From NCBI GenBank assembly GCA_965222155.1, contig CBDCTH010000012.1:1920001-1984000 (forward strand): a stretch of DNA of 64,000 nucleotides. Reading direction: 5' to 3'. Made by a program: the position numbers and the translations under genes. This DNA is from Gammaproteobacteria bacterium (GTDB taxonomy: Bacteria > Pseudomonadota > Gammaproteobacteria > Eutrophobiales > Eutrophobiaceae). Each line of letters opens with the position of its first letter. The first letter of the stretch is position 1. The notes beneath the pieces were generated by a model. It did no database searches. It saw nothing but the letters and a program-made list of their open reading frames with translations, and was not told the origin of the DNA. Below, piece by piece: positions 1 to 10,588 of this stretch.

Positions 1-304
1 GCATCAGTATGGCAACTGATAAACCGACAGGTAAAAACCGGGAAAAACCTTCCCGCAGTGTTGAGATGTTAATATCCAGCATCATCACCACAAACAGGAA
101 TAACACCATCACCGCCCCGACGTAGACCAGCACCAACGCAATAGCCAGGAATTCTGCTTCCAATAGCAACCAGATGGCCGCGCTGCAAAAAAATGACAGG
201 ATCAGAAAAAGCGCGGCATGTACCGGGTTACGCACGGTAATTACCATGCAGGCCGACATCACCAGCAACACCGCAAAAATATAAAATATGGATTGTTCAA
301 ACAT
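1..304 (-). CDS. nuoJ: NADH-quinone oxidoreductase subunit J (5' part; runs off window)
   Basis: Manual translation from ATG at 304: MFEQSIFYIFAVLLVMSACMVITVRNPVHAALFLILSFF...AEFLAIALVLVYVGAVMVLFLFVVMMLDI. Follows nuoI. Confidence 0.93.
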   Translation of the reverse strand, partial: MFEQSIFYIFAVLLVMSACMVITVRNPVHAALFLILSFFCSAAIWLLLEAEFLAIALVLVYVGAVMVLFLFVVMMLDINISTLREGFSRFLPVGLSVAILM

Positions 305-322
305 GGATATATATTTATTTTT

Positions 323-391
323 GCCACAGAGGGCACAGAGATTACACAGTGGCTTTGTTTTTTCCCCTGCGTCCTCTGTGCCCTCTGTGGC
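323..391. repeat. GCCACAGAG-armed palindromic element, copy 1 (short)
   Basis: gccacagagggcacagag...ctctgtgccctctgtggc inverted arms in the nuoI-nuoJ gap. Confidence 0.9.
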
Positions 392-403
392 TGTATATTT
401 ATT

Positions 404-892
404 TCACCTGTACAAAGCTTCCGTTGCGCGATCCTCGGCAATCTGCTGTTCCGCCAGGTCTCCGACTTCCAGTAACCTGTGCTTCGTCATCAGCAGGTCT
501 GAACGCTGCTCACCGTGGTATTCGTAGATGCGCGTCTCCACAATGGCGTCCACCGGACATGATTCTTCACAGAAACCGCAAAAAATGCACTTCGCCAAAT
601 CTATATCGTATTGGGTCGTCCTGCGGGTACCATCATCCCGCTGTTCAGATTCGATAGTGATGGCTACCGCGGGACAAACCGCTTCACACAACTTGCAGGC
701 AATACAGCGCTCTTCACCATTCGGATATCGGCGTAACGCATGAAGCCCCCTGAATCGAGGTGACTGGGGAGTCTTCTCCTCCGGATATTGCACCGTGATT
801 TTACGCCTGAACAGGTAACGCCCCGTCAAACGCAGGCCTTTAAGCAACTCCCATAATAAAAAGCTTCGCAAATAATTTGTTACTTTAGACAT
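404..892 (-). CDS. nuoI: NADH-quinone oxidoreductase subunit I
   Basis: Two 4Fe-4S motifs [12 protein letters not shown] and [12 protein letters not shown]; RFRGLHAL. Confidence 0.98.
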   Translation of the reverse strand: MSKVTNYLRSFLLWELLKGLRLTGRYLFRRKITVQYPEEKTPQSPRFRGLHALRRYPNGEERCIACKLCEAVCPAVAITIESEQRDDGTRRTTQYDIDLAKCIFCGFCEESCPVDAIVETRIYEYHGEQRSDLLMTKHRLLEVGDLAEQQIAEDRATEALYR

Positions 893-938
893 CTGCTTTT
901 CCAGTCAGGTAGAAACCGTTTTTTCTCCATGGTTTAAA

Positions 939-2075
939 TTATGGAGTATCGAACCAGGGCGGTGCTTCCGCAACGACCATGCCGGAAACAACAACAATCC
1001 AGATGATGGTAATAGGCAGGAGTACTTTCCAGCCAAGACGCATGATCTGGTCGTAACGATAACGGGGAAAAGTTGCCCTGAACCACAGAAACAGGAACAA
1101 GAACACCGATGTTTTTAACAATAGCCATATTATATTCGGCTCACTGATATAAGGCATATCTCCGAGCAGCGGCAAACCCTGGAAGGGGGACAGCCAACCG
1201 CCACAGAACAGGACAGCCGTCAGTACGGCAATAAGTATCATATTGGCATATTCCGCCATGAAGAAAATGGAAAACGCCATGCCACCGTATTCAACGTGGA
1301 AACCGGCCACAAGTTCGGATTCACCCTCGGCCACGTCAAACGGCGCCCTGTTGGTCTCGGCTACACCGGAAATAAAATAAACCAGAAAAATCGGCAACAG
1401 CGGCAGCCAGTACCAATGCAGGATACTGCCGTTTTGTGCGGCTGTAATCTGGCCCAGGTTTAAACTGCCGGCCGCAATAAGCACACATACCAGCGCAAAA
1501 CCCATTGCAATCTCGTAAGAAACGATCTGGGCGGCGGAACGCATGGCGCCCAGGAACGCGTACTTGGAATTTGACGCCCAGCCGGCAATAATGATGCCGT
1601 AAACGGCTAAGGACGTCAGGGCCAGGATGTATAATAACCCTGCATTGATATCAGCCAGCACCAGCGTATCGGCGAAGGGTATCACGGCCCAGGCGGCCAG
1701 GGACGGGGCAAGGGCCAGTACCGGCGCCATCACGAACAAGCGCTTGTTGGCCCCCGTCGGAATAATAATTTCCTTGAAGAGAAGCTTGACGGCATCAGCG
1801 ATGGGTTGTCCCAGTCCCCACAGGCGGAAACCGAAAAAACCCACTCTATTCGGCCCCAGCCTGCATTGGATAAAGCCGATGATCTTACGTTCCGCGTAAG
1901 TCATATAAGCGACACAGAACAGTAAGGGCAGCACTATGGCGAGGATTTTCACCAACACTTCCAGGGTGTAAAGCGTATAATCGGCATAGTTGTCAGGGAT
2001 AAGCCAGGCAACCACGGGGGCGAGGATATAATCGCTGATGATTTTGAATATGTTTTCAAGCATGAGCGTCAGCAA
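939..2075 (-). CDS. nuoH: NADH-quinone oxidoreductase subunit H
   Basis: [54 protein letters not shown]. Confidence 0.98.
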   Translation of the reverse strand: MLTLMLENIFKIISDYILAPVVAWLIPDNYADYTLYTLEVLVKILAIVLPLLFCVAYMTYAERKIIGFIQCRLGPNRVGFFGFRLWGLGQPIADAVKLLFKEIIIPTGANKRLFVMAPVLALAPSLAAWAVIPFADTLVLADINAGLLYILALTSLAVYGIIIAGWASNSKYAFLGAMRSAAQIVSYEIAMGFALVCVLIAAGSLNLGQITAAQNGSILHWYWLPLLPIFLVYFISGVAETNRAPFDVAEGESELVAGFHVEYGGMAFSIFFMAEYANMILIAVLTAVLFCGGWLSPFQGLPLLGDMPYISEPNIIWLLLKTSVFLFLFLWFRATFPRYRYDQIMRLGWKVLLPITIIWIVVVSGMVVAEAPPWFDTP

Positions 2076-2082
2076 CCGCGGA

Positions 2083-4455
2083 TTAAACCGTGGACACCGA
2101 AACCGGGCCTGATAACGAGCCCAAATTGCCGCTATTGACGTGCCCGCCGTGAATTAACACACAGTTATCCGCCACGGAGTCATCAAGTTGCAGGGGCAGT
2201 TGCAACTCGGCGTCATGACTAATCACCCTGATGCTTTCCTCACCGGCCACCCCCAGCCTGCCTGCCGTGCGCTTGTTAATATGGGCAAACCCGTCTGCAA
2301 CGTCCGCGGTCTGCTGCAGTGCCGGGGCATGGCGCGCCAGCGCATCAACGGAATTCATGGGTATATATCCGATACGTTGCAAGCCATCACTACTTGCCGG
2401 AATTGTTTCAGGTGTGTTCCAGGCGTCCATATTATCCGGTTGGCTGTTCCCCATCAATTCAGCCGCTTCCGTCCGGACTTCCTCTAACCCGTTATAACTG
2501 AAGTCGGAAAGTCGCAATTTACTTGCCAGGGAGCAGAATATTTTCCAGGCCGGGAGCGCGTCCCCGGGAGGTGATACCGCTGCGTTAAAACTTTGGCGTC
2601 GACCCTCCATATTCAGGTATGAACCTGCATTTTCCGCGTACAATGCCATCGGCAACAACACGTCGGCATACTCCGGTGCAGTTTTGTACCCGGTTACGGT
2701 AACCACACAACTTGCCTCAGCCAGCGCTTCTCGCGCCAGCTTTCCATCAAAAAAATCGAACTCCGGTTCCACATCCAGCAGCAGGTAGGCCGCCATTTGT
2801 TCAGTCAGCATGGCGCCGGCATCCAGGCCGCCGGCAGGGGCATTGACCATACCCGGCATCCTGTGGGGTAGCGCTCCGGCCAACCAGGCCCCGGCACTGT
2901 TCGCCCCATTATCCAGGTAACCGAATGTGCCCGAAACCCGTTGTGCCAGAGTTCCGGACAGGTATCGCAGCAACGACAGTTGCGGATGGGAAACATCCAG
3001 GCTGCCCATGAATACGGCTGCCCTGTCTGCCTTGACCAGCGCTTCAGCAATGTTTTTATGCTGAGGTTTCGGCCTTATTGCCCGCAGCAACTGACCGAGT
3101 GCGGAATCTCTGTTCGTCATACTGACCGCAGCCTTCAGTACGGCCGCCAATTCACTCACAAGTTTTGCCGGTGATTCAATACATTTATAGGCAAGCTCAT
3201 AATTAAAACTGAAATCTACCGGGTTTATCACCATCACTTTGGCGCCGGCCTGGACAGCTTTACGCAAGCGGTGATTGAAAATTGGCTGGTCCTTACGCGG
3301 AAAGCCGCCGATGATCAGGACCGCATCAAGTCGTTCGACGTCAGCGAGGGACAACCCCAGACCCGGGTACGCCGGCGCCGCCGCCTGATCGCTGAAGTCC
3401 GTTTGCCGCAATCGATGATCAATATTGTTGGAGCCTAATCCCCGCATGAATTTCTGTGCCAGGTATAATTCCTCAGAAGTAGCCGATGAGGAAACCAACG
3501 CGCCAACCTTATCCGCCCCATGCTGGTCAATCACGCCTTTCAGCTTGCGCGCTATATGGTTGATTGCCGTATCCCAGTCGACTTCCTGCCAGCCTTGCCC
3601 ATCCCTGACCATGGGAGCGGTAAGGCGCTCAACACTATTCAGCCCTTCATAACTGAAACGATCCCGGTCTGACAGCCAGACCTCATTGATGTCTTCGTTT
3701 TCTGCAGGAACCACACGTTGCACCCGATCATTTTTTACATGAAAGTGGAGGTTTGAGCCTACCGGGTCGTGAGCTGCGATACCGCTATGCTGGGTCATCT
3801 CCCAGGTACGCGCAGTAAACCGGAACGGTTTGGAGGTAAGGGCGCCGACCGGACACAGGTCAATCACGTTGCCGGACAATTCGGAGGCCATACTCTTCTC
3901 AATGTAGGTGCCGATCTCCATGAACTCACTGCGGCCGGTTGCGCCCAACTCGCGCAGTCCCGCAATTTCCTCACCGAAACGGACGCAACGAGTGCAATGA
4001 ATACAACGGGTCATGTCAGTCTGTACCAGGGGGCCTATGTTTTTGTCCTGCACGACCCGTTTCTTTTCCTGGTAACGGGACACGTCACTGCCGTAACCCA
4101 TTGCCAGATCCTGCAATTCACATTCCCCGCCCTGGTCGCAGATAGGGCAATCCAGGGGATGGTTGATCAGCAAAAATTCCATGACTGATTTTTGCGCTTC
4201 CAGAGCCAACTCTGATTTGGTATGAACTTTCATCCCGTTCAAAACCGGCGTAGCGCAGGCAGGCAAAGGCTTGGGCGCCTTTTCCACTTCCACCAGGCAC
4301 ATTCTGCAATTTGCCGCAACGGTCAGCTTATCGTGGTAACAGAAACGCGGCACATAATTCCCTGTCCGGTCAGTGACTTCAATCAGCATCTGACCCGGCC
4401 TGGCCTCGACTTCCCTGCCGTCAATTTCAATGGTAATGCGGTTATTATCAGACAT
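2083..4455 (-). CDS. nuoG: NADH-quinone oxidoreductase subunit G
   Basis: [43 protein letters not shown]. Confidence 0.98.
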   Translation of the reverse strand: MSDNNRITIEIDGREVEARPGQMLIEVTDRTGNYVPRFCYHDKLTVAANCRMCLVEVEKAPKPLPACATPVLNGMKVHTKSELALEAQKSVMEFLLINHPLDCPICDQGGECELQDLAMGYGSDVSRYQEKKRVVQDKNIGPLVQTDMTRCIHCTRCVRFGEEIAGLRELGATGRSEFMEIGTYIEKSMASELSGNVIDLCPVGALTSKPFRFTARTWEMTQHSGIAAHDPVGSNLHFHVKNDRVQRVVPAENEDINEVWLSDRDRFSYEGLNSVERLTAPMVRDGQGWQEVDWDTAINHIARKLKGVIDQHGADKVGALVSSSATSEELYLAQKFMRGLGSNNIDHRLRQTDFSDQAAAPAYPGLGLSLADVERLDAVLIIGGFPRKDQPIFNHRLRKAVQAGAKVMVINPVDFSFNYELAYKCIESPAKLVSELAAVLKAAVSMTNRDSALGQLLRAIRPKPQHKNIAEALVKADRAAVFMGSLDVSHPQLSLLRYLSGTLAQRVSGTFGYLDNGANSAGAWLAGALPHRMPGMVNAPAGGLDAGAMLTEQMAAYLLLDVEPEFDFFDGKLAREALAEASCVVTVTGYKTAPEYADVLLPMALYAENAGSYLNMEGRRQSFNAAVSPPGDALPAWKIFCSLASKLRLSDFSYNGLEEVRTEAAELMGNSQPDNMDAWNTPETIPASSDGLQRIGYIPMNSVDALARHAPALQQTADVADGFAHINKRTAGRLGVAGEESIRVISHDAELQLPLQLDDSVADNCVLIHGGHVNSGNLGSLSGPVSVSTV

Positions 4456-4466
4456 ATATTTGTTTT

Positions 4467-4579
4467 GCCACAGAGGACACAGAGTGGATCGAGTATCTTT
4501 TTAAGACATGGATAACCTGCATAGCTATCAATTCGTCTTGCCTGTTATTCATTTTGTTTTTCTCTGTGTCCTCTGTGGC
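4467..4579. repeat. GCCACAGAG-armed palindromic element, copy 2
   Basis: gccacagaggacacagag-tggatcgag...ctctgtgtcctctgtggc in the nuoF-nuoG gap. Confidence 0.9.
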
Positions 4580-4592
4580 TTTAATCAATAGT

Positions 4593-5900
4593 TCAAGCTG
4601 CTTTGCTTTCAATTCCATCAACAATACTGCGGCCCTGGTTTTCTATCATGTACTCGAATTCGTGGCGGTAGTGTTTCATGAAACTCTGTACCGGCCACGC
4701 CGCGGCATCGCCCAGGGCGCAGATAGTCCGGCCTTCTATTTTATTGGCCACGTCAACCAGTTTGTCCAGGTCTTCCAGCCGGCCCTGACCATCGATAATG
4801 CGGGTCAGCATGCGGTACAGCCAGCCGGTCCCCTCGCGGCACGGGGTGCACTGGCCGCATGACTCGACGAAATAAAACCGTGAGATACGCCGCAGCATCC
4901 TGACCATGCAAGTGGTATCGTCCATGACCACCACCGCGCCGGAACCGATGGATGAACCCGCAGCGCGCAGGGAATCATAATCCATATTGGTTTCCAGCAT
5001 GATCTCGCCCGGGACCACCTGCACCGATGAACCGCCGGGAATTACCGCTTTCAATTGCCGCTCTTGCCATACACCGCCGGCCATTTCCAGTAACTCTCTG
5101 AACGGCATACCCAGGGGCACCTCAAAATTGCCCGGCTTTGCCACGTGACCGCTCACGGACAAACACTTGGTGCCGCCGCTGTTCTCGACCCCCAGATCGG
5201 CAAACCAGCGCGCCCCTTTCAATATGATTGTCGGCGCTGAGCAAAAGCTTTCCGTATTGTTGATTGTTGTAGGTTTGCCGTATAAACCGTATTGCGCAGG
5301 AAACGGCGGTTTGAACCTGGGCTTGCCGGGCTTACCCTCCAGGGATTCCAGCAGTGCTGTTTCCTCTCCACATATATAGGCGCCGGCGCCCAGTACCGAA
5401 TAAATATCGATGTCTACGCCCGTACCAAGGATATCCTTGCCCAGAAAACCCGCGTCGTAGGCTTTCTTCAAGGCATCCTCAAAGCGCTCGTACGGTTCAT
5501 CCATGAACTCACCCCGGATATAATTATAAGCAACTGAAGCGCCCATGGCATAACAGGCAATAGCGAGGCCTTCGACCAGGGAATGGGGATTGAACCGGAG
5601 TATATCCCGATCCTTGCAAGTGCCCGGTTCACTTTCATCGGAATTGCAGACGACATATTTCGGGTTCGGTGCGTCAGGATTCATGAAACTCCACTTCAGG
5701 CCCGTGGGGAACCCTGCGCCCCCACGACCGCGCAGGCCCGAGCCCTTAATTTCTTCCGTCACGTCCCAGGGGGAAATTTTATCGTTAAGAATTTTTTTCC
5801 AGGCCTTATAACCATCTGCCCGGTAGTAATTCTCCAGGGTCCAGGGCTGGTCGTATTTGAGGGTAGCGTAACAAACCGAGTTGATTGCGTTCCTGTCCAT
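4593..5900 (-). CDS. nuoF: NADH-quinone oxidoreductase subunit F
   Basis: [47 protein letters not shown]. Confidence 0.98.
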   Translation of the reverse strand: MDRNAINSVCYATLKYDQPWTLENYYRADGYKAWKKILNDKISPWDVTEEIKGSGLRGRGGAGFPTGLKWSFMNPDAPNPKYVVCNSDESEPGTCKDRDILRFNPHSLVEGLAIACYAMGASVAYNYIRGEFMDEPYERFEDALKKAYDAGFLGKDILGTGVDIDIYSVLGAGAYICGEETALLESLEGKPGKPRFKPPFPAQYGLYGKPTTINNTESFCSAPTIILKGARWFADLGVENSGGTKCLSVSGHVAKPGNFEVPLGMPFRELLEMAGGVWQERQLKAVIPGGSSVQVVPGEIMLETNMDYDSLRAAGSSIGSGAVVVMDDTTCMVRMLRRISRFYFVESCGQCTPCREGTGWLYRMLTRIIDGQGRLEDLDKLVDVANKIEGRTICALGDAAAWPVQSFMKHYRHEFEYMIENQGRSIVDGIESKAA

Positions 5901-6385
5901 TAATCCAGCCCGTCCAGCACTTCATCCACGCTATCAGGAGTCAGGTTTTCATAGTATTTATGATCGACCATCATCATGGGCGCCCCGCAACAGGCGGCCA
6001 GACATTCCTCTTCCTGCTTCAGGTAAATGCGATTGTCGCCGGTGGTCTCGCCGACTTTCACCCCCAGTTTATTTTCAATGTGAGCCACGATATCATCCGC
6101 GCCACGCAGCATGCATGAAATATTAGTGCATACGGACACACTGTGGCGCCCGCAGGGCCTGGTTTCCAGCATGGAATAAAAACTGGCCACTTCGTAAACT
6201 GCGATACGCGGCATCTCCAGATAACCGGCAACCGCGTCCATCAGTTCCACAGTCAGGTAACCCCCGTTCTCATGCTGCGCCTCACGCAAAGCCGCCAGCA
6301 CCGCAGACTGCTTCTGATCCGCCGGGAATATCGCTGTCCAGCGATCAATTTCCGCACGTATATGGCTGGACAATCTGTTATTCAT
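5900..6385 (-). CDS. nuoE: NADH-quinone oxidoreductase subunit E
   Basis: [31 protein letters not shown]. Start moved to ATG 6385 (MNNRLSS); the ORF-track extension to 6601 translates an intergenic repeat. Confidence 0.95.
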   Translation of the reverse strand: MNNRLSSHIRAEIDRWTAIFPADQKQSAVLAALREAQHENGGYLTVELMDAVAGYLEMPRIAVYEVASFYSMLETRPCGRHSVSVCTNISCMLRGADDIVAHIENKLGVKVGETTGDNRIYLKQEEECLAACCGAPMMMVDHKYYENLTPDSVDEVLDGLD

Positions 6386-6436
6386 TCTCCACCATCCTGA
6401 AAAACATGAAAACGAGCAGCAGATCCAGCTAACTGA

Positions 6437-6530
6437 GGTTTTGGGGACTGTTTTGGAGTGACTAGCGCCAGGGACGAGCGCGGGACGGGCCAGGGATGGC
6501 CCTCGGAACGGAAAAACAGTCCCCAAAACC
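6437..6530. repeat. Long hairpin element (GGTTTTGGG...CCCAAAACC family), copy 1
   Basis: 18-bp arms ggttttggggactgtttt/aaaacagtccccaaaacc around gtgactagcgcca..ggacgagcgcgggacgggccagggatggccctcggaacgg; homologous to 44602-44725. Confidence 0.85.
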
Positions 6531-6575
6531 GCCTTACTGTGAAACCGGTCATTTGTACGAATATGAGGCTCATTT

Positions 6576-7829
6576 TCATCTATCGACCTCGCCGAAGACA
6601 ATATCCTGGGTACCTATCACCGCGACTACGTCTGCGAGCATGTGCCCCTGTACCATTTCATTCAAGGATGACAGGTGGATAAAACCGGGGGGCCGTATCT
6701 TCAGCCGATAAGGTTTATTGGCGCCGTCCGATACCAGGTAAATCCCAAACTCCCCTTTCGGGTGTTCTATGGCCGCATACACCTCACCTTCCGGCACACA
6801 ATAGCCTTCGGTAAACAACTTGAAGTGGTGAATTAACGACTCCATGTCATCTTTCATCGTTTCTCTACTGGGCGGCACCAGTTTATGATCGTCGATAACC
6901 ACCGACCCGGGATTATTTCGCAGCCAGTCCACACACTGTTTAATAATGGCATTTGACTGACGCATCTCCTCAACGCGCACCAGGTAACGATCATAACAGT
7001 CCCCATTGACGCCGACGGGAATGGCAAATTCCATTTGATCATATACTTCATAAGGCTGTTTTCTGCGCAAGTCCCACTCTACGCCCGAACCGCGCAGCAT
7101 GGGGCCGGTAAAGCCGAGTTGTATCGCCCTCTCCGCTGAGACAACGCCTATTCCTACCGTGCGCTGCTTCCAGATTCGATTATCAGTCAACAGGGTTTCA
7201 TACTCGTCGATACAGCCTGGGAAACGTTCCGTAAACGCCGCGATAAAATCGAGCAGGGAACCCTGGCGCGTCTCGTTTAACTTGTTTACCTCTGCTTTTG
7301 AACGGTTCACAGTCACCTGGTAGCGCGGCATTTCCGCCGGCAGATCCCGATACACGCCACCCGGCCGGTAATAGGTTGCATGCATTCTCGTGCCTGATAC
7401 CGCTTCGTAACAATCCATCAGATCTTCCCGTTCCCGGAAGCAATACAGGAATATGCTCATGGCGCCGATGTCCAGGGCATGGGCGCCCAGCCACATAAGG
7501 TGATTAAGTACGCGGGTGATCTCATCGAACATCACCCGGATATAACGGGCCCGTATGGGTGGCGTCACGCCCAGTAGTTTTTCAATGGCCAGTACGTAAG
7601 CATGTTCATTGCACATCATGGACACGTAATCGAGGCGGTCCATGTAACCGATACTCTGGTTATAGGGCTTGCTCTCGGCCAGCTTTTCGGTGGCGCGATG
7701 CAGTAGCCCGATATGCGGGTCGGCGCGCTCAATCACCTCCCCGTCCATCTCCAGAACCAGGCGCAACACCCCGTGAGCCGCCGGGTGCTGCGGGCCGAAG
7801 TTCATCGTCATGTTCCTGATTTCAGGCAT
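6576..7829 (-). CDS. nuoD: NADH-quinone oxidoreductase subunit D
   Basis: [31 protein letters not shown]-terminal DIVFGEVDR. Confidence 0.98.
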   Translation of the reverse strand: MPEIRNMTMNFGPQHPAAHGVLRLVLEMDGEVIERADPHIGLLHRATEKLAESKPYNQSIGYMDRLDYVSMMCNEHAYVLAIEKLLGVTPPIRARYIRVMFDEITRVLNHLMWLGAHALDIGAMSIFLYCFREREDLMDCYEAVSGTRMHATYYRPGGVYRDLPAEMPRYQVTVNRSKAEVNKLNETRQGSLLDFIAAFTERFPGCIDEYETLLTDNRIWKQRTVGIGVVSAERAIQLGFTGPMLRGSGVEWDLRRKQPYEVYDQMEFAIPVGVNGDCYDRYLVRVEEMRQSNAIIKQCVDWLRNNPGSVVIDDHKLVPPSRETMKDDMESLIHHFKLFTEGYCVPEGEVYAAIEHPKGEFGIYLVSDGANKPYRLKIRPPGFIHLSSLNEMVQGHMLADVVAVIGTQDIVFGEVDR

Positions 7830-7852
7830 AAATGAAAAACCTGTTCAGGGAA

Positions 7853-8086
7853 GTCACAGAGGACACAGAGTGGGTCCAGGACAGTTCCTCTGCAGGTGCT
7901 CCGGCTAAATCGAGGTCAATACAGTGATGTTTGCCGAAAACAGGGGGGACAGATTTAAATCTGTCCCCCAACTTCCCCTGACCATAAAGGGGCATATTTT
8001 CCTGGGAGGGAGGGCGTCTCGCCCTCCACGAGGGCAGGATGCCTCCGAGCCCGGGAGTTAGCGGGAACGGCTGGTTCCTCTGTAGC
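7853..8086. repeat. Degenerate GCCACAGAG-armed element, copy 3, with nested palindromes
   Basis: gtcacagaggacacagagtggg...ttcctctgtagc enclosing a perfect 26-bp palindrome (7944-7969) and a REP-like double hairpin (8001-8055). Confidence 0.7.
7944..7969. repeat. Perfect REP-like palindrome GGGGGACAGATTTAAATCTGTCCCCC
   Basis: Perfect 26-bp self-complementary sequence read directly. Confidence 0.9.
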
Positions 8087-8092
8087 TTATGT

Positions 8093-8755
8093 TTATTTCT
8101 CAGGTGAGACATAGCGGTTGTCATGCCTGATTGTTTTTGGCACCAGTACGCGGTTCTTGATCGTGACCGGCTGGTACACGACCCTGCCCTGCTCCGGGTC
8201 ATAGCGCACTTCCACGTTGCCCTCCAGCGGAAAGTCCTTGCGGAAAGGATGTCCGATAAAACCATAGTCGGTCAGGATACGTCTCAGGTCGGGATGTCCG
8301 TCGAAAATGATGCCGAACAGGTCAAAGGCCTCCCGTTCCAGCCAGTTGGCGCTGGCCCAGATGGGGGTTACCGAAGCGATCCTGGCCGGTTGGCCGGAGA
8401 TAAAACTACGCAGCCTCAGGCGCCGGTTATGTTTTAACGACAACAGGTGATAGACCACAGCGAAGCGATCTTCGATATCCTGGGTATCGATATAGACACC
8501 CTGGCTGACCCCGCGGCTGAAACCGGTCCGGGTCGTATCCTCGGTTTCCCAGTCCGCCTTGCCGTAAGACAGGTAATCGACCCCGCACAGGTCGGATAAC
8601 TGGTTGAATGCCAGGACATCATCGTCCCTCAGGATAAGACATACTTCTGTCAGGTCAGCGGCGCTGACCTCTATGGTCACCTGGCCCGTTTCGAGCTTGT
8701 CATTGATAATTCCGGCGCCCAGACGCTCGCGCAGGTCGTTGATAAGCGTATCCAT
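8093..8755 (-). CDS. nuoC: NADH-quinone oxidoreductase subunit C
   Basis: [52 protein letters not shown]. Confidence 0.98.
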   Translation of the reverse strand: MDTLINDLRERLGAGIINDKLETGQVTIEVSAADLTEVCLILRDDDVLAFNQLSDLCGVDYLSYGKADWETEDTTRTGFSRGVSQGVYIDTQDIEDRFAVVYHLLSLKHNRRLRLRSFISGQPARIASVTPIWASANWLEREAFDLFGIIFDGHPDLRRILTDYGFIGHPFRKDFPLEGNVEVRYDPEQGRVVYQPVTIKNRVLVPKTIRHDNRYVSPEK

Positions 8756-8783
8756 AGCCGGTTAAAGGTGAAATAAAGCTATC

Positions 8784-9269
8784 CTATCTTCTGATCGTAT
8801 TGGTGCCGGTACGCTTGATCTTTTTCTGCAATTGCAACACGCCGAACAACAGGGCTTCCGCGGTGGGGGGGCAACCCGGCACATAGATATCCACCGGGAC
8901 GATTCGGTCGCAACCACGTACAACGGAGTAGGAATAATGGTAATACCCCCCTCCGTTGGCACAGGACCCCATGGAGATCACCCACTTGGGATCAGGCATC
9001 TGATCATAGACCCTGCGCAGTGCCGGCGCCATCTTGTTAACCAGCGTTCCCGCAACAATCATGACATCTGACTGCCTGGGGCTGGGACGAAAAATCACGC
9101 CGAACCGATCAAGATCATAGCGCGAAGCGCCGGCATGCATCATCTCCACTGCACAACAGGCAAGGCCGAACGTCATCGGCCACAAGGAGCCGGTCCGCGC
9201 CCAGTTCACCAGATTATCCACCGTGGTGGTAACGATACCCTCGTGGTGAATTTTTTCTTCAGGATTCAA
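8784..9269 (-). CDS. nuoB: NADH-quinone oxidoreductase subunit B
   Basis: [35 protein letters not shown]; TTG start. Confidence 0.98.
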   Translation of the reverse strand: MNPEEKIHHEGIVTTTVDNLVNWARTGSLWPMTFGLACCAVEMMHAGASRYDLDRFGVIFRPSPRQSDVMIVAGTLVNKMAPALRRVYDQMPDPKWVISMGSCANGGGYYHYSYSVVRGCDRIVPVDIYVPGCPPTAEALLFGVLQLQKKIKRTGTNTIRR

Positions 9270-9275
9270 GTCAGC

Positions 9276-9632
9276 TTACTCCCATTCCAATGCGCCCTTA
9301 CGCCACTCATAGATGAAGCCGACGACCAGGACCGCCAGGAACAGCATCATGGCCCAGAAACCCACCATCCCTATCTCGCGCAGGGCAACCGCCCAGGGAA
9401 AGAAAAAGGCGATTTCCAGGTCAAAAATGATAAACAGGATGGCAATGAGATAATAGCGCACGTCGAATTGAATCCTGGCATCTTCGAAAACATCAAACCC
9501 GCATTCGTAAGGGGACTGTTTCGCTTCGTCGGGACTGTTTGGCCCGAGAAAATAACCGAGGATAAACAATATGCCGCCGAATCCGATTCCGACAACCAGA
9601 AAGATCAGTATTGGCAGATAATTTTCTAACAT
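9276..9632 (-). CDS. nuoA: NADH-quinone oxidoreductase subunit A
   Basis: [34 protein letters not shown]. Confidence 0.98.
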   Translation of the reverse strand: MLENYLPILIFLVVGIGFGGILFILGYFLGPNSPDEAKQSPYECGFDVFEDARIQFDVRYYLIAILFIIFDLEIAFFFPWAVALREIGMVGFWAMMLFLAVLVVGFIYEWRKGALEWE

Positions 9633-9721
9633 GGGGGAATTATACCCGTATCACGGTATAAAAAAAATGTAAGATTTGACTAAATTTGTTTTCAGGCGAT
9701 TGTCATTAGTACTTGGTTCCA

Positions 9722-10327
9722 TCAATCTTGTAGTTGCTGTTTTACCCAGCAAAGAAGACGGTTATTCGCCGGCATGGCATAGTCGTGTTGGATATACAGG
9801 TCTGCCGCATTCGCCAGTTGCTCAACGTCCTCAAAGTTCCTGATGCCGCTTTCCGGATCCCGTTGTTTCAGCCATATATCAAACCTCGCATTGCTCTTGC
9901 TGGTATAGGCATTGTTGTAATTAAACGGGCCGTATAGTACCAATAACCCATTGTTTGGCAACAGCTTCCCTGCTCCGGCTATCATGGCTTTGACTGAGTC
10001 CCACCCTATGATATGTATTGTATTAGCACAAAACACGGCATCTATATTCAACTCTGGCCAGTGCGCCCGGGTCACGTCCAGCATCAGTGGCGGAGGCGTA
10101 TTGGGCAACTTTGCCTCATTCAACCATAATTCGATTCCGGCATGATTCTCCTGCAGGTCGCTGCTGCGCCAGATCAAGTGCGGCAGTTTCTCTGCGAAAT
10201 AGACAGCGTGCTGCCCGGTACCGCTGCCAATCTCCAGAATTTCCTTACTGTCAGCGAACAATACCTCAATAATCTCAAAAATTGGTTGCCGATTGTTATC
10301 ACAGGCAGCTGAATATGGTTTTATCAT
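9722..10327 (-). CDS. DUF938 family SAM-dependent methyltransferase
   Basis: ILEIGSGTGQHA motif I, YGPF, SNARFD.WL, MPANN. Confidence 0.9.
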   Translation of the reverse strand: MIKPYSAACDNNRQPIFEIIEVLFADSKEILEIGSGTGQHAVYFAEKLPHLIWRSSDLQENHAGIELWLNEAKLPNTPPPLMLDVTRAHWPELNIDAVFCANTIHIIGWDSVKAMIAGAGKLLPNNGLLVLYGPFNYNNAYTSKSNARFDIWLKQRDPESGIRNFEDVEQLANAADLYIQHDYAMPANNRLLCWVKQQLQD

Positions 10328-10588
10328 TAAATTGCCTCAATATATCCAAACGCAGCATAACTGAGTCAGGAGGTGTTCTTTAAGTTGGTTCAGAAAATAC
10401 CAAAATAAACAACTTGTTGCACTTATGATTTGAAACTTCCCATTGAAAAATAATGCGATCGTTGGTATATTTCAAAGCCATATATATATCCTTAAGACTT
10501 CCTATACCCCTTAAATTCCGGACAATCATGGCATAGTTTCTGAACCAGTCAACGTAGTTAACTTCCTGTTGTTTGAAAAATTACCCGC

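Noticed and set aside
6386-6601. ORF-track N-terminal extension of NuoE (233 aa)
   Set aside because: It translates the intergenic hairpin repeat; NuoE similarity begins at ATG 6385
7822-8265. 147-aa ORF between nuoC and nuoD
   Set aside because: Out-of-frame overlap with nuoC plus translated palindromes; no protein motif
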